Below are positions 1-10,554 of a stretch of DNA of 64,000 bases, in pieces. Made by a program: the position numbers and the translations under genes. Every line of letters begins with the position of its first letter. The stretch's first letter is position 1. This DNA comes from Penicillus capitatus (lineage: Eukaryota; Plantae; Chlorophyta). The DNA lies in the NCBI GenBank assembly GCA_965649825.1, contig OZ287694.1, forward strand, positions 433,197 through 497,196. Direction: 5' to 3'. The notes beneath the pieces are model-generated. The model saw only the letters and a list, made by a program, of their open reading frames with translations, was not told where the DNA came from and searched no databases.

Positions 1-1548
1 CTGCCTAAGCTCCATGGTCTGTTGCTCCAGAAGCTGCGCAGACACTTCCAAACTCTGTATCAACTCTGCCACATCTGTGAGGATCTGATTCGCATCTTCC
101 GTCATCGCACAACGTTCAGCGCGCAGCTCCTGCAAATTAGTTTGGGAGACAGTTCACGGGTGCGGCGTCGATGCGAACCTTGACGGGTTCGTACAGATCG
201 AGAGCTTGCGCAAGAAGAACCTTTGTATTTTCGCGGACAACGGCATTGCCCAGTCGGATGCCTTCGTAATCCAACAAGACGCGTTTCAGCTCCTTCAGCA
301 TCAATGTGGAGAACTGCTCTGTCAACGTTTGGATTCCGATCTGCAGCATCTCCTTCGATTCCGCATCCAACTCTGGATTTCGCACGTCAGATTCTGCATT
401 TCCACAACGGCCTCGGGCACCACCTCAACCAACGGTCTGACTCTTTACGTGTGGAGAATGGAGCTTGAATCATTCTGTCTGCTATTTGTTTTATTTCTTC
501 TATGATGACGGTATCGGACGTTGAATTGACTTGTATCGGAAAGAGCTCTTGATAGGATCTCTGCTTGATGAACTGTGCGTTGCGTGTAAATTCTTTCACA
601 AAACGAACGACAACGGCGTGTTGACGCTTCCTCGTATCGAGTCGTCTCTCATTCTGTCGAATCTGAGCCTCGGAGAGAATCCTGAACAACACCCCTCGTT
701 GCAGCTTCTATGCAGCTTCGGTGACCACTTTTCCTGCTTCAGCATGGGCAGGATGTATTTGAACATCTGCTTTGGTGTGAACTCTGGATGCGATTGAATG
801 GCCAGGACGTTCCGCAGGCACCAGATTTCGTTGACGCAGGTTGGAGAGGTGGCCAGAAGGACAGCTCCTTCCGGCAGTTCGACAACCTGATCGCCGTGCG
901 ACTCGATCATCGACAGCGTTTTCGTCTCCGATCCTATAAACTTCGAAAACACAGGTAAGACTTCTAAACTTTCAACTGCCCTCGCAACAGAACGGGTCAC
1001 TCTTTGATCGCACACATTCCAGATAGCTTACCCGTCGCGATATACTCGCCGGGATTCTTTCCCACGCGACCCCCCAATGCCACGGCCAAGAGCTGGAAAC
1101 AAACCTCTCGGGGAGAAGACATCTGAAGGGCGATCGATGCACTTGTGCTCCAAAGCAGATGCCGACGACGAGGATCTGTTCTTGGGCGTATTGAGTGACC
1201 GTTTTGCACAGTCCAGCAATCCATGGCTGGGAGGCGTCGTTGACGGAGGAAGGACTGCCCGTAATAAAGATGGCATCGAAACGGTGTGCCTCCTCCACTG
1301 AAGGCCACTCACCGGAACAGCACTAATGCAACAAACGCCGTCACCGAAGCGCCGCCATCGCGCAGGCCGCTTGACCGCAAAAGCTTCCCACGTATCCGAC
1401 GCTTCGCCGTAGGTGTCGATGAAGAGTTCGATGAGGCCATCGACTGTCCCTTTCACATTCGCTCTAGGCTGCGCAGAGCCCAGCGCCGTTCGCTGGAGAA
1501 TGTGTGTGAGAGAAGTGTGACTTTACTTGTCTTGATGTTGCGCGCCAT
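1..1548 (-). CDS. Class I glutamine amidotransferase (gamma-glutamyl peptidase-like) with long helical/coiled-coil C-terminal extension; multi-exon, runs off the left edge
   Basis: Spliced motifs GEWPSVEEAHRFDAIFITGS, GICFGAQ (nucleophile Cys), ESHGDQV and IQSHPEF (His-Glu). In-phase GT-AG introns join ORF 387-692 and ORF 137-385 to the catalytic domain. Start ATG at 1548 is tentative. Confidence 0.85.
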
Positions 1549-1639
1549 CTTCCGGTCACAAAGCAACTTAATACCGCAAAGTGGCACATGTTGCGCAAAA
1601 AGGCACGATACGAAACAAGCTTCGTCTGTCGTACGCAAA

Positions 1640-2531
1640 ATGCATCGAACGTGTGTGCCGATTCGGACGGCTGCGGTGCCACGATGTCTCGTCGGACGTC
1701 CTCGACGCCTTCGTGCTGCTCCACTGCGTCGCCAAACGATTCGCGCGACGGGATCGGATCCGCCGCCGGCAGAGGGAAGGAATTGGAATCCGTTCAAAGA
1801 GGACCCAGCCAAGCAGGTCACATCAAACGCCTTCTTTAAGGACTGCGACCCGCTTGGTTGTATAGGAGGCCGCAAAGAGGGCGGTGCAGGAGGCGATGGG
1901 CGGTCAAAAAGACGTTCTGGCAGATTTTGACGGCTCCGGTGGCGATGGGGACGACATTGGTGACGACGGCGACGAGGGATGGGATGAATGGACTTGGGAT
2001 GATATCCGAAATGAGTTCCTCGATTTCCGCCGAGCCTTATTCGAATGGCTCGCTGGAGTGGGCCGAGCCATAAAAGCCATATTCTATTTCTTCATGGGCG
2101 TACGGTCCCTTCTTCTCAGACCCAGTACTTAAGAGTGCCATCTCAGATCGTCTGCGTATCCCTCATCATACCGACCCTCCTCGCCGCAGTCACTTTCATC
2201 CGCGTGCTTCTGAGGTGTTGTCCAAAAGAGTGAGAAGAGTGAGGGATGTGGGCCGTCGTGTAGGTTGGAGAAGGCTGAAGATGTGTATGGGACGGGAGGA
2301 ACAGAGCCAGCTGGGATGCAACGCAGCGTGCTGTTCTCGGATGATGAGCAAGAGACGGAGGCGAAGTCCAAAGAGCAAGAGACGGAGGCGAAGTCCAAAG
2401 AGGAGCAAGAGACAGAGGCGAAGTCCAAAGAGCAAGAGACAGCGTCTCTCACGGAAAGGCAACGGCGTAGTCGCAAACGGCGCGAGAAGCAGAAACAGTC
2501 GAAATCTGATGAAGAAAACGAGAAGTCTTGA
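1640..2531 (+). CDS. Probable plastid-targeted membrane protein of unknown function (4 exons)
   Basis: Arg/Ala/Pro-rich transit-like N-terminus (MHRTCVPIRTAAVPRCLVGRPRRLRAA), acidic Gly-rich linker, hydrophobic segment AIFYFFM-IVCVSLIIPTLLAAVTFIRVLL, and a charged tail. GT-AG introns start near 1817, 2100 and 2214. Confidence 0.65.
2346..2444 (+). repeat. 27-bp coding tandem repeat (EQETEAKSK x ~3.5)
   Basis: gagcaagagacRgaggcgaagtccaaa at 2346, 2373 and 2403, with a partial copy at 2430. Confidence 0.95.
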
Positions 2532-2564
2532 GATGCCGATACAGATGTTCGCACGCTTGGCGTT

Positions 2565-3796
2565 TTATGGATCTGCTTTCGACTCGCGATCGATCGATGC
2601 GACGAGCGGCTCGGGAGGCGTCGTCGTCGTCGGTTGCAAGTTTCCGGCCCACGAGCAGATGGGACAGATCTTCCTGATATGCCTCTTGGCTGGGCAATGC
2701 TCCCGGCCGAACAGTGTGAACCGCAAATGCAGCGCATTCCTAAAGGGTACACAGAAAACGTTCGACGAGGGGAGAAAGACAGTGAAGGATGCACCAGTCT
2801 TCTTTGGGAAAGATCGCTTTTAGGTCTTTTTCCTTACAGGAGTCGAAATGCTGAAAAGGAGTGACAGAGAGCAGAGTCGTACGGTTTGGATGGCGCTCTT
2901 GCTGGGTGACAGTCCCCAGCGTCGAGCCAGTCGGTGAATGTGAATGTCCACAGGAAAGACCGTTTTCCTGACAGACAGCTTCCGACTGGCGTCTCTGGAG
3001 AAAGAGTGAGAACGTACCCAAATGCGTGAATCATGACAACGGATGCCGCTTTGTGCCCGACTCCTGGCAGCGCCTCCAGATCTTCCAAAGTGGACGGCAC
3101 GTGTCCATGGTGCACCTTCATGATTTTCTAACGCGTCTCACACAACTCAGAAGAGTGAGACGTCCCCTCATCGCGCACTTCGCTGAGCTGCGATATGTGT
3201 CTCGCCTTCGTTGGGGCGAGGCTCACTCTTTGAATGCATTCGTATATATCTTCGACCTTACAGATCTCGCATCTCACACATTGTCTCGTCGGCGCAGATT
3301 TGACCTTCAATGCAGCCATGGACTCGGGATCCGCTGCTTTCTTGAAAAGGGCTGGCGTCACTTTGTTGACCATTCGATCGGTCGTCTGCATTCCTCATTG
3401 AGCGCCGACAGTGAGGAAGCAAGCGGATTAGACTTGTGCCAAAAGGAGGGCGGAGACGAGGAGCTGAAACGGATCTTTGTGTTCAAACGGCAGCGTGAGT
3501 TTGGGATAGAACTCTTCAAGAATCGCCGAAATCCGCTCTCCCTTTGCGCGTAATGCTATGAGATCTCGCGGCGGCGGCGCTGCCGCCGGTTTCGGTCTCT
3601 CTCGCTTCAGGCGTTTCTTTCGTTTCGAATCCGTTCGTCTCGTCGGTAGGATATGCGATCGCTCCGTTTCAATAGCCGCCGCCGCCGCCGCCGGATCCGT
3701 CGCGATCGCCGCCGCCGCCGTTTGCTTTGCCGCAGTGATGACGCATCGCACGATCGATCGAGGCTTTGCAGCAGACAAGGACAAGCGAATCATCAT
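2565..3796 (-). CDS. NTH1: Endonuclease III (HhH-GPD DNA glycosylase), bacterial-type, with organellar targeting peptide
   Basis: Spliced motifs FEHKDPFQLLVSALLLAQ-TTDRMVNKVTPALF, HhH LPGVGHKAASVV, catalytic FPVDIHIHRL and C-terminal GREHCPAKRHIRKICPIC. TAA stop at 2565-2567. Confidence 0.9.
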
Positions 3797-3861
3797 GATC
3801 TCATGTTTCCTGCCGTGCAGTTGTTAACACACATTCACAAGTACTCTCTTGGCTGCACTGT

Positions 3862-6800
3862 TTACGGCGTACATCCCACCCAACGTTTCAACACACGGTG
3901 TACACGGGTGTGGACGAAAGCGCACCGTAAACGACATACCAAGCAAAATTTAACGATCCAGGGCTTGGAATAGTATCTATCTTTTCCAAACTCCCCCAAT
4001 GTCCAATCAACGCTACGCATCAAATGCTGCATCAAACCATAAAATAGACGGAGTACGACCAGAATCAAGATCACACACAGGACGACGAATATGACGCCAT
4101 TTCCTTCATCCAATGCATGAATTAAGCAGGCGGCAAAGTAGACGAGAAAGACGCCAAAGAGTGAGATCGTTTCCATATGACTCAACATCCGTTCGGGCTT
4201 CTCGTAGGGCGACGTCACCGAATGTGCCAAGAGAAAGAAAACAACGATACCGATGGCGACAAGCGTTTGGGTTTGGATACTGAAATGATAACCAAAGGCA
4301 AAAACAGCAGCCAGACACACCTTTCTCACAAATATTGTGAATTCCCAGTAGCGACGCTTATATTTGTACGCCTCGAACAGGAGTCCCCACGAACGGAGAC
4401 GTTCTGTTTTGCCTAGATTCTTGTGGATGCACAGAAAGACCAGAAAACTGACAGGGAATAGAACGAGCGTTATCAAGAGGAGTGGAAGACTGAAGTAGAG
4501 AAGCAGGTGTTGGTGGGCACCTTCGTAACAGATGACAGAGGTATCTTCAAGCCAGACATAGTTTTTCTCCTCGGGCGTTTGAGATTCGAGTGATGTACAG
4601 CTTAAGCTTCGGAAACAGGTGTGACAGACTGGAAGAAAGAATACATAAAATACAGCCACCAAGGAATTCTTCGCCCTTTGCCACAAAAGGGAAAGCGAAA
4701 AAGAACGATCCACAAGAAAGACGAGAAGCCAGAAAGTGAGAAAGAGTGTCGAGACCACGATCGGTGCCAAGAGAACGAAAACGAAGGACTGGATAGAAGC
4801 CGGTGCTCCGGAACGCCCGGCGCCTCCAAACATGCATTCCAAGGAGAAGTATGGACTGGAACCTGTTCCTAAGAAACCTGTGAGAAAAGAGTGAGATGCG
4901 TGGCGGATGAGAGAGGAGCTTTACTGAAGAGGCGTAAGATGCCATTGGTGGCGGCGGACCAGTTAATCTGAATGTACAGCGCCAAGCTAACGGACTGGAA
5001 AAACGTCAACAGTATCTGTCGGACAGAATTGAGTGAGGGCAACGTGCGAAAGAGTGACCTTCAGAGCTTCGGATAGAAGAGGTTTCAGGAGGACGTGCGA
5101 TTCGCTGATGATGTCAAAATCTTCGATGCTGAGGATTTGTCGGTGTTGGGGTTTCGCTATGTGAATCGCCGGCGTTATTTCGTTCCTGGTGCCGGACGAG
5201 CTCGATGAAGCGTTGTCTCTTATCGGCGATGTCACTCTGGGCGTCGCGCTCGGCGATGCTGGGGCAGAGCTGTGCGTTTTTTCGGTGTGATGATCGGCAG
5301 ATGTACTCGGCAGCGCTTCGGACGTGGATCGGCGCGATTCTTTTGCCCGTTGGCCACGAATGCCAAACGAAGCGATCGGCTCCAGATGCTCCGGAATCGG
5401 CTCTGCCTCGACATCTCCTTCGCCAAGAGCTAATGAACCACTCGTACTCGTCATCTGTATGTCAGCCGCCGGCGGCTGCTGAGCAGACGGCTCTCTGGCT
5501 ATACCGTAATCCGATACCCAGCTTGTCTTGATGAAGAAGACGGTGACGAAAAAGAAATAGATCATGAAAAGCACACCGTACATGATGCTCGCTCCTCGAT
5601 GGCATTCTTGGCACTCTTGGGCGCGGATATGACCGTAGCCATCCTCACATTCCCCGCACAACGCCCCCGTATATCCCTAACGCCCACAGATCATATAGAT
5701 CATTCGTAGAGTGACCGAAAGTGTGACCTCAATGCATGGATCGATGAGGAGCGGAGCTGCGCGTAGTGTATCGGCGTGCGGAATGACTTGGTTGTTTTCA
5801 CACGCTTGCGGCCGGACGCACTTGAGCACTTTGGTCGATGCCGTGTCGGCATTCCAGTAACCGTCTTGCGCCACGACGTATCCACCGGAGCAGACGGCGT
5901 GATCTGGGCACTGCTGACAGCCGCCATCTGCCATCGTCGTATAGCCGCCATCTTCGCACTCCACACAATACAGTCCATCCAATCTCTCCCCTGCGCCGCA
6001 CGGCGCGACGTGCACCGCGACGATATCGATGAGGTCGTTCCCCTGCTTCACACGCAACGTGTAGGCTCCCGGTTTCGCCGAGAGGACGATGCCATCGAAC
6101 TCCGCCGAGCCGTGATGCAGATGCGTCCGATTCTCGCCCTCTAGGCGGACGTGATCAGCAGCCCAGACGGAAAGCTCCAGATCGGCAAAGGGCACCATCT
6201 GGCCCAAGGCATCGATATCTCGTACGAGAATCACGTCCAGGACGTCGCCGCTCCTGTGATGGCGTATCTCTTCTGGCGTCACCTCGAGGAAATGACTCTC
6301 CGTTGAGAACAGCGGACCGTAGCCTTCGTCGCCAACGCGGTTGCCTTGATCCACGTCGGGGCAGATGTCGTGAAAGGAAGCCATAAGCGATGGCTCCAGC
6401 GGATGCAGGACAGCACCGTCCAGGCAATCGCAGCAGAGCTGGAACACTTCTGGACTTCTCGGGATGTGCACGCCGCCGCCAGAGATCTCGGCCACGTTGC
6501 CTTCGAACTGCACGTCGGCCAAGAGAACGCGATTCTCCGGAGACTCGGTGTGGACAGGCGAGGGCGGTATGGCGTAGATCCCGCCTCCCTGGCAGGCCGT
6601 GTTCTCCAAGAACATCGTTTCGGTCATAGAGGACACCACAACGTCCGCTGCGAAGGTGAGATTCCACAGAACGGCGCCGCCAAGCTGCGCCCTGTTGCGC
6701 CAGAAGATGGTGTACAAGATGTGCACTTCGTTTGGGGAAGAGAGGGCCAACGATCCCCCTTCCTCCGCCGTGTTATTCTGGAAATCGCTGCGGGTGATGT

Positions 6801-9800
6801 GCACGTGGATCATCGCCTTCCGCTGCGTGCGATCGATATGGACGGCGCCGCCCATCGAACCCCAGCGACGATAGTAGGCCAATCTCTCCGGGCAAAGACT
6901 GTTGTTGAAATGGACTTGACCGACGCTGTTGTGCGCGAATTGCGTGTCGTTGACCATCAGAGAGGTATCTTCAGCATGAATGGCTCCGCCGGACTGGTCG
7001 GCTGTGTTGTAAAGAAGCTCCAGTTCATGAAGTTGGGTCGTGGAGGTTATGTTGGCAAGGTAGATGGCCCCTCCGTATGCTGCGCTGTTGGATAGGAAGG
7101 TTGTGTTTTTGATGTGACTGGCCGCCGCCGTGTGGCTAAGAAACAGGCCGCCGCCGTTGCGTCCAGCTTGATTGGACGTCGCACTGCTGTTGTACAGAGA
7201 GATCCAACTGCCGGACTCCAAAAACAACCCGCCGCCGTTACGGTACGCCGCGTTGTGTGTGATCTCGACAGAATGTAAGGACAAATGGACTGGGCCAGTG
7301 AGATAGACAGCGCCGCCACTGGAAAGGAATGGCACGGAGAGAGGAGAACTCCGTGGACTGGCGACGTTTCTCCGAAACTGACTCCGAAAGAACCGCAACA
7401 GCGATGTCCCATTCCCTCCCTACACGCAGCCCTTGGATCTTCCGCCGAGTCATAAGAGTGAACGACTTTGCAGAAAATGGCGGCGCCGCCTTCGCGCGTG
7501 GCTGAGTTGTTGATAAAGTGCATTTCGGAGCCCTGCATCTCGATGTCTGCCGCTATGTAGAACGCCCCACCCGCGCGTGCTTCGTTCCTCGTCGCCTCCA
7601 CATCTGTCAGCAATGCTTGCGTCGATGCCTCGGTCGATATCGCTCCGCCATATGTCGCACGATTGCGTGAGACGACAGATCTTAGCATGCCAACAACTGC
7701 CCGTCCCTATCACATCCACCTTACACACGATCGAAACGCACGTGGGATAAGGATCACCTCTCGTAGCGCTATGGCGCCTCCCTTCGACGTGGCTCGATTG
7801 TCCAGGAGGATCGATCCGTTGAAGAAGAGGGAATTCGATCCTTGGCTATAAATCCCGCCGCCATCTTCACTCGCTGCGTTGCGCCGCCACTGTGTGCCGT
7901 TCATGAAGCGTGCGGCAACAGCTCCCCGCTTCTTCCCATCCTCCGATGGACTGATCAAACAGAGCGCCCCACCCGATGCCGCTACATTGTCCTCAAATCG
8001 TGCATCGTCTGTTGCTAAGGACACGCGTCTCTCCCGTGCCTATACCATAACCGTAGGACACACGTCGTCATGTGTGACCTTGGCTCACTTCGACATAGAC
8101 AGCGCCGCCCAGCCGCCGTCCGTTGTTGTGCATAAAGAGCGTTCCGTTGATGTGGCATCGATATCCATCGACGTAGTAAATGCCTCCCCCTTTGTCCGCT
8201 TCATTGCCCTCGAATTGGACATCATAGCTGCTGCGCATACATACACCTTTCCCCACGAGATGCAGACCTCCTCCGTGGAGTGCCGCGCTGTTGTTCATCA
8301 ATTTCACATGAGAGATCAATTGGATCACGAGTTTGTTGAATCGGTGGTCGACGGCCGATATCGCGCCGCCTTTTTTTGCCTCATTAAACTCAAAACCACA
8401 CTGCGAGAACGTCATGACGGCACCATTGATGCCATGTATGCCTCCGCCTCGATGCTCGGCACGATTGCTGGCGAAACGCGTGCCGTTTTGCATGTCGACA
8501 GTGGCAGTACTTATGAAGAGGCCGCCGCCATCTTCAGCGTAATTGCTGGACACATCGACATCATTGAACTCCATCGACGTCTTGTTCCGTCTCCCAAACG
8601 CCCCCTACGTCATCACCCCCCATCGCCGCTCAGCTTCTCGCCAGCTTCTTATCTCCGCGTACTTGGCAGTAGATGCCGCCGCCGGTTGTGGCGTTGTTCG
8701 ATGTAAAGGTGGATCGTACAATGGACAGTCGTACAAGCGGCCCCACTCTGAGGGCACCGCCATCTTTGCGTGCCTGATTGTTTGAAAACGTTTGCAATGT
8801 GATCTCGGCTTTGATTGGGCCTTCTAAAAATACACCCCCACCTGAAAGCGCGTAGTTCTTCGCTAGCCAAGAACTCTGCATAATCAAAGATCCCATCGGA
8901 CGATCCTGCAAACGTCACATCAAAAAGAGTGACATCCGCGAGATGGCGGCGCAGCATCACCTTTGTTCTCGAATAAAGAAAGCCTCCAACGGCCAGAGCC
9001 GTATTGTGTATCACCTGCGAATTTATTACTGTCATCCGTGCGACGTTCTGTGAAGCGATCACGCCTCCACGTCTCGCTGAGTTGCTCTCGGCTGTCAGTC
9101 CTCTAATGTCGACTTCTAAGTATCGTCCAGTGAAAGACAAACACCCGCCGTCGCCCAGAGCGCGGTTCGCTCGGCATTCACACTGCTCCATCTCTACCCT
9201 TGACGCCTCCCTTTGCCCCTAAACATGTGCACCACCTCCTTCAGCCGCCAGCCGCCAGAAGAGGCGAGATGTACATAGGCTGAGAAGGTGCTGCCGCTGT
9301 CTTCTGCGTTGTTTTTTCGAAAGGAGCAGTTGTGTAGAGTGGCGATGGCGACGTCCCTTGTCAAGAGAGATCGTCCTCTCTGTCTTCGGAACACCGTGTC
9401 CCGCACTTCTAATTGATCGAACTGATCCAGGGCGACGGTTGCATCGCCGTCACGGGCGGCATTATCTTCGAAGATGCTCATAGAGATGTGCAAACGCCCT
9501 CCACGATACCCCCCAATAAGCCGGATGGCTCGATTGCGCCGGAAAACGACGTTCTGAATCGAGATGGCAGAATTCGAGGCGCCTTGGATCACAGCGGTGC
9601 CTCTCTTGCCTTCCACTCTTTCGATCACCGAATTCTGCACCGTCAGATTTCCGTTCACCCAAATCGCCGATCCTTTATCCACGAGGCAGCCGCCGATCTT
9701 GATATGATCCAGAACAACATCCGAATCTCTAATGACATTAATGAGAGTCATTAAAGTCATTAACGATCTGCCTTTACTCGATCTGCAGCATCCGTTGCCC

Positions 9801-10293
9801 CGATCGGCACTCAAAGTGCGGCATAGTCGTTTCATCAAATGCGGCATGGTTCGTTGTTAATCGTTCATTAAATGCCTCTAATGAAGTGAACATCACACTT
9901 CGCTTTGCTTGAATGACGGTTGTCTTCATCCTCAGGACCTCTATCTCACACTTCTCACTCTTTTTCTGGACTTGTTGGTGGGGATGCTCTACGTGTGGTG
10001 TTGAAGATGATGAATGCCATACCGTTGGCATCTTGTGGCAGACAATCGACGAAGGGCTGCAATTCTCGACCGGCATTGCGCCAAGCGGCGTCGGTGATGG
10101 CGACCCCCGTGAAAACGAGCGTTTCGACGAGAAGTTCCGAACAGTCGACGTCGAGCAAGCGTCGCGAACGACGCTCTCGAAGGGTCTGTCGCGACGATAG
10201 GGCACCGCCATCGTCGTCATACGTCGCGACGCAAAGAGATAGAGCGAAAAGAAACAAGAATCGAAGTGCCGGAAGCGCAGCGCACGTCGTCAT
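3862..10293 (-). CDS. Large secreted/membrane protein: signal peptide, Pmp-like right-handed beta-helix (GGA[I/L/V]/FxxN repeats), Ig-like segment, Cys-rich repeats, multi-TM C-terminal domain
   Basis: Signal-like MTTCAALPALRFLFLFALSLCVA; numerous N-A-x-x-GGA(I/L) repeats in ORFs 5677-9847; CxxC-rich segment (CVECEDG..CQQCPDHAVC..GYW); hydrophobic last exon 3862-4842 with WxxDxSxxCY and YWE motifs. Confidence 0.85.
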
Positions 10294-10554
10294 TGAACTG
10301 AAATGCATTGCACCCGTTGACATCCCGATGGCGATAAGCGCGCTGAACGTCACATCGTCAGACGTCACATCAAGAAGACCGCAAGCGTTACGTGAAGTTT
10401 ACGCTGGTTGGTTGGTAGTTAAGCACGACAGATCCATGAGCAGTATTTATTGTACGACACAAACCACCCGGAAAACAAACCGATCGACACCGATAGAAAA
10501 ACAGGTAAGATGGGATCGACGTAGCAGCCATGAGATAAGCGCTGGTGTGGTTGG

